This document shows, piece after piece, positions 17,773 to 26,802 of a stretch of DNA of 64,000 nt; positions within the stretch are counted from its first letter, which is position 1, and each line of letters opens with the position of its first letter. Below the pieces are notes generated by a model. It did not search any database and was not told the origin of the DNA. It was given only the letters and a program-made list of their open reading frames with translations. The translations under genes were made by a program, and so were the position numbers. The stretch is from Patescibacteria group bacterium (GTDB lineage Bacteria > Patescibacteriota > Microgenomatia > UBA1406 > GWC2-37-13), in NCBI GenBank assembly GCA_026004435.1, contig BPJD01000004.1, forward strand, positions 5,940-69,939, written 5' to 3'.

Positions 17773-19227
17773 CTACAGGATATATTTTATCACATCACCT
17801 ACCTTGATGTCAAGTTGAGGATAAACTGAGAAACCAAACTCCTGACCTGATTTTACCTCATCAACATCTTTAGCTCTAATTTTTAAGGAAGCTATTTTGG
17901 CTTTTCCTATAAAATTATTATCTCTGTAAACTGAGACCTGCATTCCTAACTTTAACTTCCCTTTTGTTACCTTTGCTCCAAAAACCCTTGCTCCGTCTTT
18001 TATAAACTGAGCTAATACTTTTGCCTCAGCTCTAACTTTTTCCTCCTCTTCCTTTTGTTCCAAAAACAAAAAAACCTCATCTAGTTCATCTAAAAGCTCG
18101 TAAATTAAGTCATAGACTCTTATGCCTATCTTTAAGTCTTTAGCTGCCAGTTCAGCAGACTCTTCAACTTTTACATTAAAGGCAAGAATTAAAGCCTTTG
18201 CTGACTTAGCCAGCAACACATCGTTTTTACTGACAACACCCACATCTGACAAGACTATCTCAAGTCTGTCATTCTCAGCAATTTTAGACTCAATAGCCTC
18301 AAGGGAACCTAAAGTATCAGCCTTAAGTATAATTTTCAGCTTTTTTAATTTATCTGATTGAAAAAACTGACTAAACTTATCATTATCAACTGTTTTTTTC
18401 TCATCAGAGCTGTCTGGCACCTGAACCTTGGACTTGTCGCTTGAGATTGGGTCTCCTGGCTTGGGCAGTTGAGCAAAACCTAAAACCTCAACAGGTTTTG
18501 ATGGATACACTGTTTTGACCTGTCTGCCTAAATCATCAATCATAGATCTTACCTTAAACTCTTGATTTGAGGTATAAACAGTATCTCTTACAGCTAACAC
18601 GCCATCTTTTACAATTACTGAACCAACAATGCCAGCAGGAGTTTTTCTGCTTTCCACTATGAACCCGAAAAAAGCATTGTCTTCATCAAAGTACAACCCC
18701 TTGTCTTCTGACAATAACAAAACAGCATCTAACAAATCAGAGACACCCTGACCTGTTTTTGCTGATATTGGCAGACAGACTACATCTCCGCCTAATTTTT
18801 CAACTATAATATTATGCTTGGTTAAATCTCTGATAACTTTATCTGGGTTTGCCTCAGGCAGATCAATTTTATTTAAAGCTACTATAAATGGAAGTTTGAT
18901 TTTTTTTATCAACTGGATTGACTCTACTGTTTGAGGTTTGACTGATTCTTTTGCGTCAATAAGCAAAACAGCTAAATCTGCAATGCTTGATCCTCTAGCT
19001 CTTAAATTTGAAAAAACCTCATGACCTGGAGTATCAATAAAAGTAATTTTGTTGACAGAATAATCTGATTTTGGCAGACTAATCTCATAGGCTCCTATGC
19101 TTTGAGTTATTGCTCCAACCTCTTTTTCAGCCAGATGAGATTTTCTGATGTAATCAAGCAAGGTTGTTTTGCCATGATCAACATGTCCTAAAACCACTAC
19201 AACAGGTGGCCTTCTTTGTTTTGACAT
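17773..19227 (-). CDS. infB: translation initiation factor IF-2 (minimal form starting at the G domain)
   Basis: GTPase motifs GHVDHGKTTLLD, DTPGHE and NKID. Length is 484 aa, with no N-terminal extension. Confidence 0.93.
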   Translation of the reverse strand: MSKQRRPPVVVVLGHVDHGKTTLLDYIRKSHLAEKEVGAITQSIGAYEISLPKSDYSVNKITFIDTPGHEVFSNLRARGSSIADLAVLLIDAKESVKPQTVESIQLIKKIKLPFIVALNKIDLPEANPDKVIRDLTKHNIIVEKLGGDVVCLPISAKTGQGVSDLLDAVLLLSEDKGLYFDEDNAFFGFIVESRKTPAGIVGSVIVKDGVLAVRDTVYTSNQEFKVRSMIDDLGRQVKTVYPSKPVEVLGFAQLPKPGDPISSDKSKVQVPDSSDEKKTVDNDKFSQFFQSDKLKKLKIILKADTLGSLEAIESKIAENDRLEIVLSDVGVVSKNDVLLAKSAKALILAFNVKVEESAELAAKDLKIGIRVYDLIYELLDELDEVFLFLEQKEEEEKVRAEAKVLAQFIKDGARVFGAKVTKGKLKLGMQVSVYRDNNFIGKAKIASLKIRAKDVDEVKSGQEFGFSVYPQLDIKVGDVIKYIL

Positions 19228-19242
19228 TTTATATGTTTTAAC

Positions 19243-20262
19243 TTATGATTCTTCTTCTTGAGTTTCTGTTGTTTTTTTATCTTCAGAAGCTGTTGCTTTT
19301 TCAGATGAATCTGATTTTACTTGGATGATATCAATATCAAATCCTACAAGCTTTACAGTCAGATTGACATTAACACCTTTTTGACCTATTGCCAAAGCCG
19401 CCTGATCTTCGTTTACATAAACCTTTGCAGTTTTTTTCTTATTATCAAGCTTGATTTTTTCAACTTTAGCGGGAGCTAAGGCTGACCTAATTAGCTCTTC
19501 AACATTATCGCTGTAATTTAAAATGTCTATTTTTTCGCTTTCTCCAAGCTCTTTTGTTATTGTCTGAACTCTAACGCCTTTTTGACCTACACAGGCTCCT
19601 ACAGCATCAATAATTCTGCTTTTTGAGTAAACAGCAACCTTTGCTCTTTCGCCCGGAGCTCTGACTATTTTTTTTATCTCAACAGAACCTGACTCAATCT
19701 CTGGGACCTCTCTTCTTAACAACTGTTCTAACAGCTTATTGTCCCTTCTTGATAAAATAATCCTTTGATTGCCAAATTTATCTTCTTTGATCTCTTTTAT
19801 CAAAACTGTAAAAACTGAGTTGGGTCTGTAGTTGTCTTTATCAATCTGCTCATCTATCGGCAAAACACCCTCTGCTTTGCCTATATCCATATAAACATTT
19901 CTATTATCTCTTCTAATAACTCTGGCTTTGATAATATCTCCAACTTTTTCCTCAAAAGCCTTAATGGTTCTCATTTTTTCCACTAATCTTATTTTTTGCA
20001 GTATTACTTGTTTTGCAGTCTGGGCAGCTATCCTGCCGAAATTTTCAGGCGTAATATCCTTTCCGTTTTTATCTAAAATCTTAACTATGCCTGTCTGAGG
20101 ATCAATTTTTGCTGTGATCTCCTCTGACTCATCATTAGTCTCTTTTCTATATGCTACTAAAACAGCCTCCTCAATAGAGGCAAACACATCTTCTGGAGCA
20201 ATCCCCCTTTCATTTGCAATCTGGTTGATTGCTAATATAAATTCATTTCTTGTAATTACCAT
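19243..20262 (-). CDS. nusA: transcription termination/antitermination factor NusA
   Basis: Contains an S1 domain and two KH domains (VGQKGVRVQTITKELGESEKIDI and IGQKGVNVNL). It lies immediately upstream of infB. Confidence 0.92.
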   Translation of the reverse strand: MVITRNEFILAINQIANERGIAPEDVFASIEEAVLVAYRKETNDESEEITAKIDPQTGIVKILDKNGKDITPENFGRIAAQTAKQVILQKIRLVEKMRTIKAFEEKVGDIIKARVIRRDNRNVYMDIGKAEGVLPIDEQIDKDNYRPNSVFTVLIKEIKEDKFGNQRIILSRRDNKLLEQLLRREVPEIESGSVEIKKIVRAPGERAKVAVYSKSRIIDAVGACVGQKGVRVQTITKELGESEKIDILNYSDNVEELIRSALAPAKVEKIKLDNKKKTAKVYVNEDQAALAIGQKGVNVNLTVKLVGFDIDIIQVKSDSSEKATASEDKKTTETQEEES

Positions 20263-20348
20263 AGATTATATTTTACCACGAAGATCAGGATTTTGTTAAC
20301 CTGTTATTGAATACTAAAAACCTTGGTTCAAACTCCAATAATGCCTGA

Positions 20349-21050
20349 TTATTTTTCAGCCTTGCTGTCTTTCTGGCTGTCTTTTGTCTCGCCAGCCTTT
20401 GCAGCTGCTGGCTCTTCAGCCTTTTCGTCCTTTTCCTGAGCAGTCTCTTCTTGATCTGACCCTGCTGACGGAGTCTCAACCTCCTCTACTGTATGCTTAG
20501 CTATAACCACTAAGACTTTATCAGGATCATCTAAGATCTCATACTTATCTGACTTAGGCAGATCTGAGACCTTAATCTCAACACCGCTTTCAGTTATATT
20601 TGAAATATCAACACTAATTTCAGAAGGCATCTCATCAGGTAAAGCCTCCACCTCAACTGTAGGCGACTGCAAAATCAACTCAGCACCTTCTTTAACAGCT
20701 GGAGATTCTCCTACAACTTTAACATTAACCTCTGCTGTAACCTTTTGCTTAAGGTCAACCTTTTTAAAATCTATATGCAGAAAATCTGTTGTCACTGGGT
20801 GATAATCAATATGATTTATTAACACAGGCAGTTCTTTTTTACCAAGTTTGATATAAACAACACTAGTTCTTCCTGCTTGTTTATAGACTTTATTAAACTC
20901 TGAGTGATCTACTGCAATTGACTGGGACTTAAAGTCCTTACCAAAAATATTAGCAGGAATTTTTCCTTGCCTTCTAAGTTTTTTATTAGTTCTTTTGCCT
21001 GTTTTTTCTCTAACTTCTGCTTGAATATAAATTTTGCTGTCAGTTTTCAT
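20349..21050 (-). CDS. rplY: 50S ribosomal protein L25/Ctc with an acidic/lysine-rich C-terminal tail
   Basis: L25 N-terminal block REKTGKRTNKKLRRQGKIPANIFG and Ctc-type length of 233 aa. Confidence 0.85.
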   Translation of the reverse strand: MKTDSKIYIQAEVREKTGKRTNKKLRRQGKIPANIFGKDFKSQSIAVDHSEFNKVYKQAGRTSVVYIKLGKKELPVLINHIDYHPVTTDFLHIDFKKVDLKQKVTAEVNVKVVGESPAVKEGAELILQSPTVEVEALPDEMPSEISVDISNITESGVEIKVSDLPKSDKYEILDDPDKVLVVIAKHTVEEVETPSAGSDQEETAQEKDEKAEEPAAAKAGETKDSQKDSKAEK

Positions 21051-21053
21051 AAT

Positions 21054-23309
21054 TTATTCCTTTACAACTTCTAGTAAAAATATTTTGTCTCCTGATAAGT
21101 TTGTATTATAAACAACTAAGTTGTTTTTTACAACTCCATAAAAGTTTTGATTAACTAAGGTTATATTGTCTGCGCTAGAGACCTCAAACTCAAGGTCCAT
21201 ATTGGGAGCACCTGTTTGCTTTTGAACAACTAATTGATAAAAGTTGCGGCCTCGCTGGAGTTTTTTATCAATATAATAATCTAAACTAATTGTTTTTTTG
21301 GTATTTAAAGGAACTGTTAAATACATTCTAATTACCTCATACTCATTTGCCAAAACATCAGAGTTATAAAGATATTTATCTACTGTGCTTGAGACTCCAT
21401 CAATGTATAACTTTTCTGAGTTAATGCCTCTTGGCAGAAACAGTCTGAAATAATTCTTATAATTACCACCTAAAAAAACAGTCTCCACAGCTGTGTTGTA
21501 AATTAGATAATCAATTGTTTTTCTAATTCGTCCATCAGCCTCAAAGTAAACTTTAATTTTAAGGCTTTCTTTAACATAATAATTAGCCTTATTTACACCA
21601 AGGTTTGCAGAAACAGGAAATACAAGATCCGGAACACAGTTTCCGTCTATCTGCACAAAGCATCTGGGCAAAAACATTCTGCCTGACCAAAACAAATTAT
21701 CAAATATTTTCTGAGTTTGCTCGTCCTGAAAATAAGCAACAATATATTTTTCATCTAAAGATGAGATCAATTCCTTAATAAGAACAGACTTGTCAGCAAA
21801 CTCAAAGTTGATAATAAGTTGATTGTAAAGATCTCCAATAAAGTCTTTTTTTCTAATCGAGCCCGGGAAAAAGTCTTTGTGAACATAATACTGGGTTTTC
21901 ACATAAAAATTTTCAGCATTAACCTTATCATTATACGCAGGCAAATAAATATCTCCATAGGCTGATAAAAGCCTTTGAATAGCTGTAACTGTAACAACTA
22001 TCATACCTGAGAAGTCTTTTTCTCCTAACTCAAGTTCTAAAAATCTTTTAGCAAACTCAAAGTTTTCTAAAGAATCTGGAGAAAAATTGGAGTCTCTTAA
22101 AAACCAGTAGGGCTGGTTTAAGTACTCTTCTATTGCTTTTGGAGGCTGAACATACTCTTTTAGCTGACCATCAGCATCGTAGACATCATAAAACCTTAGA
22201 CTCTCAACTCCAAGATACTTTGTCTCAACAATGGCAAATGAGCCTAAAAAACCACCGCCCGGCCTTAACTCCATATTATTGGCAAAAAATACAATATATT
22301 TGTTTTTTTTATCAGGCAAAATTCTGTCTAAATTCTCTACTACTGGCAAAAGACTCTCCAAAGAAGAACTAATCTCATCAATCTGAGTTTTAACCCCAGA
22401 CATAAACTTAATATTCAACCAAAAATTGGACCTAATCAGCCTTAGATTATCTTCAATAAATTTAATATCAGACAATACTGACTCATAGATCTTATATCTT
22501 TCGTCTAATTCAGCCTCTGAGCTGTCAACTCCAAAAAACAACTCTAAAAAACGGTCTGTCTTTGACTTAAGCTCTAAAACCTTATCATAACTTGCCAAAG
22601 ACAGCTTTGCTAGATTAAGCAAAGCATCGCTGTAGCTTCCAATCAAAAAAAAGTGGTATATAGGCCGCATAGGATTATACAAAGACCCCGAGAAACTGAT
22701 TAGACTGTTAGTATAAGAATAAGAAATATACCTGAACCTGTTTTTTAAAGAATAAAGACCTAAACCCAAAGAGACCCAGATTAAAAAATTATAGAAAACA
22801 AAAAGAAAAAGACTTAATCTATACAAAAACTTCCTGTTAAAGAACCTGTAGATGAACGATCTGAACCAGTCAAGTTTAAAACTTTGCTTTATCTTGCCCT
22901 TACTGTCTATGCCAATACGCAAGAAATCAACGCTTGAACTGGAAAAGAAAAACCAAAGTACACGATCCACTATTTTATCCAAACCAAAATCTGACAAAAC
23001 TACAACTGTCTTAAACTTCTTTTTGACTTTAACTGTTTGTTTGTAAATTTTAGTTAAATCATTAGTCTTTGAAGAAAAAATCAGGTAGGCTTTATTTAGA
23101 TAAGGATAGAGCCGCTCAAACTGCTGATAATTAGCATCTACAATAAAGATATAATCAAAACCTGCAAGAGACTCAGGTCTGGTTCTTCCTGTAGCAACAG
23201 AGACATCTCTGTTTTTAAGCGCTTTTTTTAGCCATTTTACAAAAGCTGACTGACCAAAATCAATAATTATTGCTTTTGGTCTTTCATCTGAAACTTCTGC
23301 CTTAAACAT
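21054..23309 (-). CDS. DUF4012 domain-containing membrane protein (751 aa)
   Basis: Central block NNMELRPGGGFLGSFAIVE resembles the DUF4012 signature, and an N-terminal TM segment is present. The family name is recalled from memory and was not searched. Confidence 0.55.
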   Translation of the reverse strand: MFKAEVSDERPKAIIIDFGQSAFVKWLKKALKNRDVSVATGRTRPESLAGFDYIFIVDANYQQFERLYPYLNKAYLIFSSKTNDLTKIYKQTVKVKKKFKTVVVLSDFGLDKIVDRVLWFFFSSSSVDFLRIGIDSKGKIKQSFKLDWFRSFIYRFFNRKFLYRLSLFLFVFYNFLIWVSLGLGLYSLKNRFRYISYSYTNSLISFSGSLYNPMRPIYHFFLIGSYSDALLNLAKLSLASYDKVLELKSKTDRFLELFFGVDSSEAELDERYKIYESVLSDIKFIEDNLRLIRSNFWLNIKFMSGVKTQIDEISSSLESLLPVVENLDRILPDKKNKYIVFFANNMELRPGGGFLGSFAIVETKYLGVESLRFYDVYDADGQLKEYVQPPKAIEEYLNQPYWFLRDSNFSPDSLENFEFAKRFLELELGEKDFSGMIVVTVTAIQRLLSAYGDIYLPAYNDKVNAENFYVKTQYYVHKDFFPGSIRKKDFIGDLYNQLIINFEFADKSVLIKELISSLDEKYIVAYFQDEQTQKIFDNLFWSGRMFLPRCFVQIDGNCVPDLVFPVSANLGVNKANYYVKESLKIKVYFEADGRIRKTIDYLIYNTAVETVFLGGNYKNYFRLFLPRGINSEKLYIDGVSSTVDKYLYNSDVLANEYEVIRMYLTVPLNTKKTISLDYYIDKKLQRGRNFYQLVVQKQTGAPNMDLEFEVSSADNITLVNQNFYGVVKNNLVVYNTNLSGDKIFLLEVVKE

Positions 23310-23354
23310 AGTATAATAATTTTACTTTTTTTAAAAACTTAGTTGCTGGCAAAG

Positions 23355-23801
23355 ATGATCTTGGATTATAAAAACTGCGGCTCAGTCTTGAAAAATATAA
23401 AAAAAACCAAGGCTCTTATAGGCGGTTGTTTTGATATTATTCATTATGGACATCTTGATTTTATAATACAAGCAGCCAAAATAGCAGAGATATTAATCGT
23501 TGCTTTAGAACCTGATGAGTCTATAATTAAGAAAAACAGACAACCTGTTCACAACCAACAGCAAAGAGCAGAAATATTAGACAGCTTAAGGTTTGTAGAT
23601 TATGTAGTTAAACTGCCTGTTTTAAATGGTTTTAACCAATACCTTGAGATGATAAAAAAAATTAGACCCAACTACATTGTTGCCAATCAAAAAGATACTA
23701 AATTAAAAAATAAAAGACTCCAGTCTGAACTTGTAAAGGCTGAGTTTATTACAATTGATTATAAATTTAAGTATTCAAGCAGTGCCATCATCAACAGTTA
23801 G
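23355..23801 (+). CDS. cytidylyltransferase-like nucleotidyltransferase family protein
   Basis: HxGH motif in GGCFDIIHYGHLDF, and small size. The start is placed at ATG 23355; the ORF-track start at 23343 is TTG. Confidence 0.65.
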   Translation: MILDYKNCGSVLKNIKKTKALIGGCFDIIHYGHLDFIIQAAKIAEILIVALEPDESIIKKNRQPVHNQQQRAEILDSLRFVDYVVKLPVLNGFNQYLEMIKKIRPNYIVANQKDTKLKNKRLQSELVKAEFITIDYKFKYSSSAIINS

Positions 23802-24411
23802 ACTGTTTATCGGAATTGACCTTTCGGATAAAATAAAAAAACAAATTTCGGACAAAATAGATCACATAAAAGCTAAGTACAAAACATTAAAATGGATTGA
23901 ACCCAAAAACTATCATATTACTCTAATTTTCTTGGGAGAAATTAATCAGAAAAAGATTGCATCAATTGAGCAAAGACTTCAAAAGGCAGTATTTGACACC
24001 ACTGAGTTTAACTTAATCAGCTTCAAACTTGGCGTTTTTCCCAATAAAAAACGCATTATTTATCTGAGTTTTTTTAATGAACAAAAGATTAACCAGCTTG
24101 CCAAAAAACTAAAGCAAGAGTTTCAGGATTATCTAAAACAACTGCCAGAAAATAAATTTGTGCCGCATATTACCTTAGCTAAAGGTAAAAGATCCTCAAA
24201 ACAACAGTATTACCAACTGATAAAATTATTAGACCAAACAAAAATAAAGATAGAGATTCCTGTAGACAAGGTCTGCATCTTCACCTCACAACTAACTGCT
24301 CATAGATCAATCTATCATCAATTATTTGAAATTCAATTACATAAAGATCCTAAAATAAAAAAGAGCAAACTGAATCAAAAAGATGAGAAAAGACACGACT
24401 ATGGTTTTTAA
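23755..24411 (+). CDS. thpR: RNA 2',3'-cyclic phosphodiesterase / 2'-5' RNA ligase family (2H phosphoesterase)
   Basis: Two HxT motifs at the expected spacing: HITLIFLG and HITLAKG. The true start is probably near VRLFIGIDL, which would shorten the 47-nt overlap with the upstream gene. Confidence 0.75.
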   Translation: MIINLSIQAVPSSTVRLFIGIDLSDKIKKQISDKIDHIKAKYKTLKWIEPKNYHITLIFLGEINQKKIASIEQRLQKAVFDTTEFNLISFKLGVFPNKKRIIYLSFFNEQKINQLAKKLKQEFQDYLKQLPENKFVPHITLAKGKRSSKQQYYQLIKLLDQTKIKIEIPVDKVCIFTSQLTAHRSIYHQLFEIQLHKDPKIKKSKLNQKDEKRHDYGF

Positions 24412-24562
24412 AATATCTCTTTTAAAAAAACCAACGATCTGAGCATCTGTTAACTCTTTAAACTTTGCCATACTCAAATTATAACAAAAATTCTAAACCT
24501 TAAATTAAAAAAACAATAACAAAAACAAATATTTTAGTTAATAATTAATATAGACAAACAAA

Positions 24563-24591
24563 TTGACAATTAAGCTGTTAAAACTTAAAAT
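24563..24591 (+). promoter_or_regulatory. sigma70-type promoter (TTGACA-N17-TAAAAT)
   Basis: Consensus -35 at 24563-24568, a 17-nt spacer, and TAAAAT at 24586-24591. The ATG of the next gene follows 10 nt later. Confidence 0.55.
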
Positions 24592-24601
24592 AGCATAACT
24601 T

Positions 24602-25051
24602 ATGTATAGCTATATATTGGATATAATTATTCTGACATGGCTATTTATATCAAGCATTTACTTGTTCAAGTCAGTTAAAAGCTACAACAGATTGTTTAAA
24701 ACCAAAGACAACAAAGACTTGGTTGCTGAGTTAGACTCTCTCATTAAGGAGCTGTCAAATACAAAACTTGAATTGAACAAAATAGACGAAAAACTTCAAA
24801 ACTACATCTTAACCAGTCAAAATAATCTAAAGTATAGACACATTCTAAGGTACAACCCATTTACGCCAAAAGGACAAGAAAACCAAAGTTTTGTTATAGT
24901 TCTTTTAGATGAAAACAAAGCAGGCATTGCTTTAAACTTTATTTATACCGGAGATCAGTATAGAATATACCCCAAACTTGTCAGTCAAAAAAATAAAAAT
25001 GAATTAACGCCTGAAGAACAACAGGCAATAGAGTTAGCAATTAAAAAATAA
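24602..25051 (+). CDS. DUF4446-like membrane-anchored protein
   Basis: N-terminal TM helix, a coiled coil, then LRYNPFTPKGQENQSFVIVLLDENKAGIALNFIY, which resembles the DUF4446 core. Confidence 0.55.
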   Translation: MYSYILDIIILTWLFISSIYLFKSVKSYNRLFKTKDNKDLVAELDSLIKELSNTKLELNKIDEKLQNYILTSQNNLKYRHILRYNPFTPKGQENQSFVIVLLDENKAGIALNFIYTGDQYRIYPKLVSQKNKNELTPEEQQAIELAIKK

Positions 25052-25054
25052 CTT

Positions 25055-26215
25055 ATGAATAAAGTCAAATTTGCGCCAATCTTAATTTATATCTTTGTAA
25101 CTGTGTTAAGCATTATTGCTGGAGCATCTATATCATACTCAATCTTTGCTGAAAAAAACAGTAAATTTAACAATCAGTTAGAGTATCAGCCGCCTACAGC
25201 TGAAACTGCCACCCAAGCTCAAAACGAACCAAAAACAGAGGAGTGTCCATTAAACGGCGAGCTTTACACTAAAAAAGAGAGGGAGACTTGGGAAAAAAGA
25301 AGACCTCTGGGCATAATGGTAGAGAACCACACAGATGCCAGACCGCAGTCAGGCCTGCAGTCTGCAGATATTGTTTATGAGGCAGTTGCAGAAGGAGGCA
25401 TAACCAGATTTTTAGCTATTTACTACTGTCAATCTGCAGCCTATGTGGGGCCTGTCAGATCTGCCCGTGTTTACTTTATTAATATACTTGAAGGTTATGG
25501 GAATTACCCCTTATACGCACATGTTGGCGGAGCCAATATTGAAGGCCCAACTGATGCTCTGGGATTAATTGTTAAACTAGGCTGGAATCTTTACAATGAT
25601 CTTAATCAATTCTCGGTTCCATTTCCTTATTTTTGGAGAGATCATGAAAGATTAAAAGACAGAGCTATTGAACACACTGTTTATACATCAACAGACAAAC
25701 TCTGGCAGTTTGCAGAAAACAAAAGAAAATTAACAGATGTTGATGAAGATGGTCAAAGATGGAACGATGGTTTTCAAAACTGGGAGTTTGAAGACAAGCC
25801 TAACAAATCAGGAAATATTAACAAAATATCTTTTGGTTTTTGGAATAATCAATTTGCCAATGATTTCTCTGTTGTCTGGACGCTTGATCCTGAGACCAAG
25901 TATTATACAAGAGAAAACGGAGGCAAGCCTCACCTTGATCTAAACACCAACAAACCCCTTAGTTTTAAAACAATAATAATACTGTTTGCTCAGGAAACCA
26001 GAACAGGCAATGAAAAAGGCCATATTTTATATAAATTAACAGGATCAGGAGATGGTCTGATTTTTTATAACGGTTTAGTTGAAGAGATTACTTGGAAAAA
26101 AACCAAAACAACAGACAACTTTAAGTTCTATGACGCTGACGGAAATCTGGTAAAATTGCCAAAAGGGAAAATCTTTGTTGAAGTTTTACCAATAGGCAAT
26201 CAGGTAGAGTATTAA
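25055..26215 (+). CDS. DUF3048 (YerB-like) domain protein
   Basis: Signal anchor plus the block RRPLGIMVENHTDARPQSGLQSADIVYEAVAEGGITRFLAIY. Confidence 0.65.
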   Translation: MNKVKFAPILIYIFVTVLSIIAGASISYSIFAEKNSKFNNQLEYQPPTAETATQAQNEPKTEECPLNGELYTKKERETWEKRRPLGIMVENHTDARPQSGLQSADIVYEAVAEGGITRFLAIYYCQSAAYVGPVRSARVYFINILEGYGNYPLYAHVGGANIEGPTDALGLIVKLGWNLYNDLNQFSVPFPYFWRDHERLKDRAIEHTVYTSTDKLWQFAENKRKLTDVDEDGQRWNDGFQNWEFEDKPNKSGNINKISFGFWNNQFANDFSVVWTLDPETKYYTRENGGKPHLDLNTNKPLSFKTIIILFAQETRTGNEKGHILYKLTGSGDGLIFYNGLVEEITWKKTKTTDNFKFYDADGNLVKLPKGKIFVEVLPIGNQVEY

Positions 26216-26216
26216 G

Positions 26217-26792
26217 ATGTTGGAAAAAATTATAGTATCCAGAACAAGACGAAAAATAATGCAGATCCTGTTTGAAGACAGCAGTAAAGCCTTATACTTA
26301 AGACAGATTGCCAGAAAAATCAAAGAAGAGATAAATGGAGTCAAACGAGAACTGGATATTTTAACAGAAGCCAAAGTAGTAATAAAAGAACAAATATCAA
26401 ACAGAACCTTTTTTAGGGCAAATAAAGACTGGCTGTTTTTTCAAGAGTTTCTGCATATTTTTTTTAAAAACAGCAAAACAGTAAAGTTGATTCTAAAAAA
26501 CCAGCCAATCTTAGGCAAGATAAACTTTTTAGTCTTCTCTGAAAAATTCTTAACCAGAACTCCAATCAATAAAACCGAAGTTTATTTGCTTATAGTAGGT
26601 ACGATTGTCTTACCTGAGGTAGTTAAACTGATTGCTGAGATTGAAAAAGATTATGGAAAAGAAATAAACTACACAGTAATGACAAAAGAAGAGTTTCAGT
26701 TTAGAAAAAAAAACAAGGATCCATTTTTGTGGAACTTCTTAAAAGAACCTAAAGTTGTGGTTATAGGAAAAGAAGATAGATTAATGAAATAA
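26217..26792 (+). CDS. winged-helix (ArsR-like) DNA-binding domain protein, otherwise uncharacterised
   Basis: The N-terminus SRTRRKIMQILFEDSSKALYLRQIARKIKEEINGVKRELDIL looks like a wHTH. The C-terminal half is unassigned. Confidence 0.4.
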   Translation: MLEKIIVSRTRRKIMQILFEDSSKALYLRQIARKIKEEINGVKRELDILTEAKVVIKEQISNRTFFRANKDWLFFQEFLHIFFKNSKTVKLILKNQPILGKINFLVFSEKFLTRTPINKTEVYLLIVGTIVLPEVVKLIAEIEKDYGKEINYTVMTKEEFQFRKKNKDPFLWNFLKEPKVVVIGKEDRLMK

Positions 26793-26802
26793 CTAAAAAA
26801 CT

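Noticed and set aside
20285-20479. A 64-aa Arg/Lys/Gln-rich ORF overlapping the 3' tail of rplY in another frame.
   Set aside because: It is an alternate reading of the repetitive acidic/lysine tail codons of L25, with no independent signal.
24337-24471. A 44-aa minus-strand ORF (MAKFKELTDAQIVGFFKRDILKTIVV...) overlapping the 3' end of thpR.
   Set aside because: It is too short, half of it is antisense to a supported gene, and its tail is hydrophobic and low-complexity. At most it is a gene fragment.
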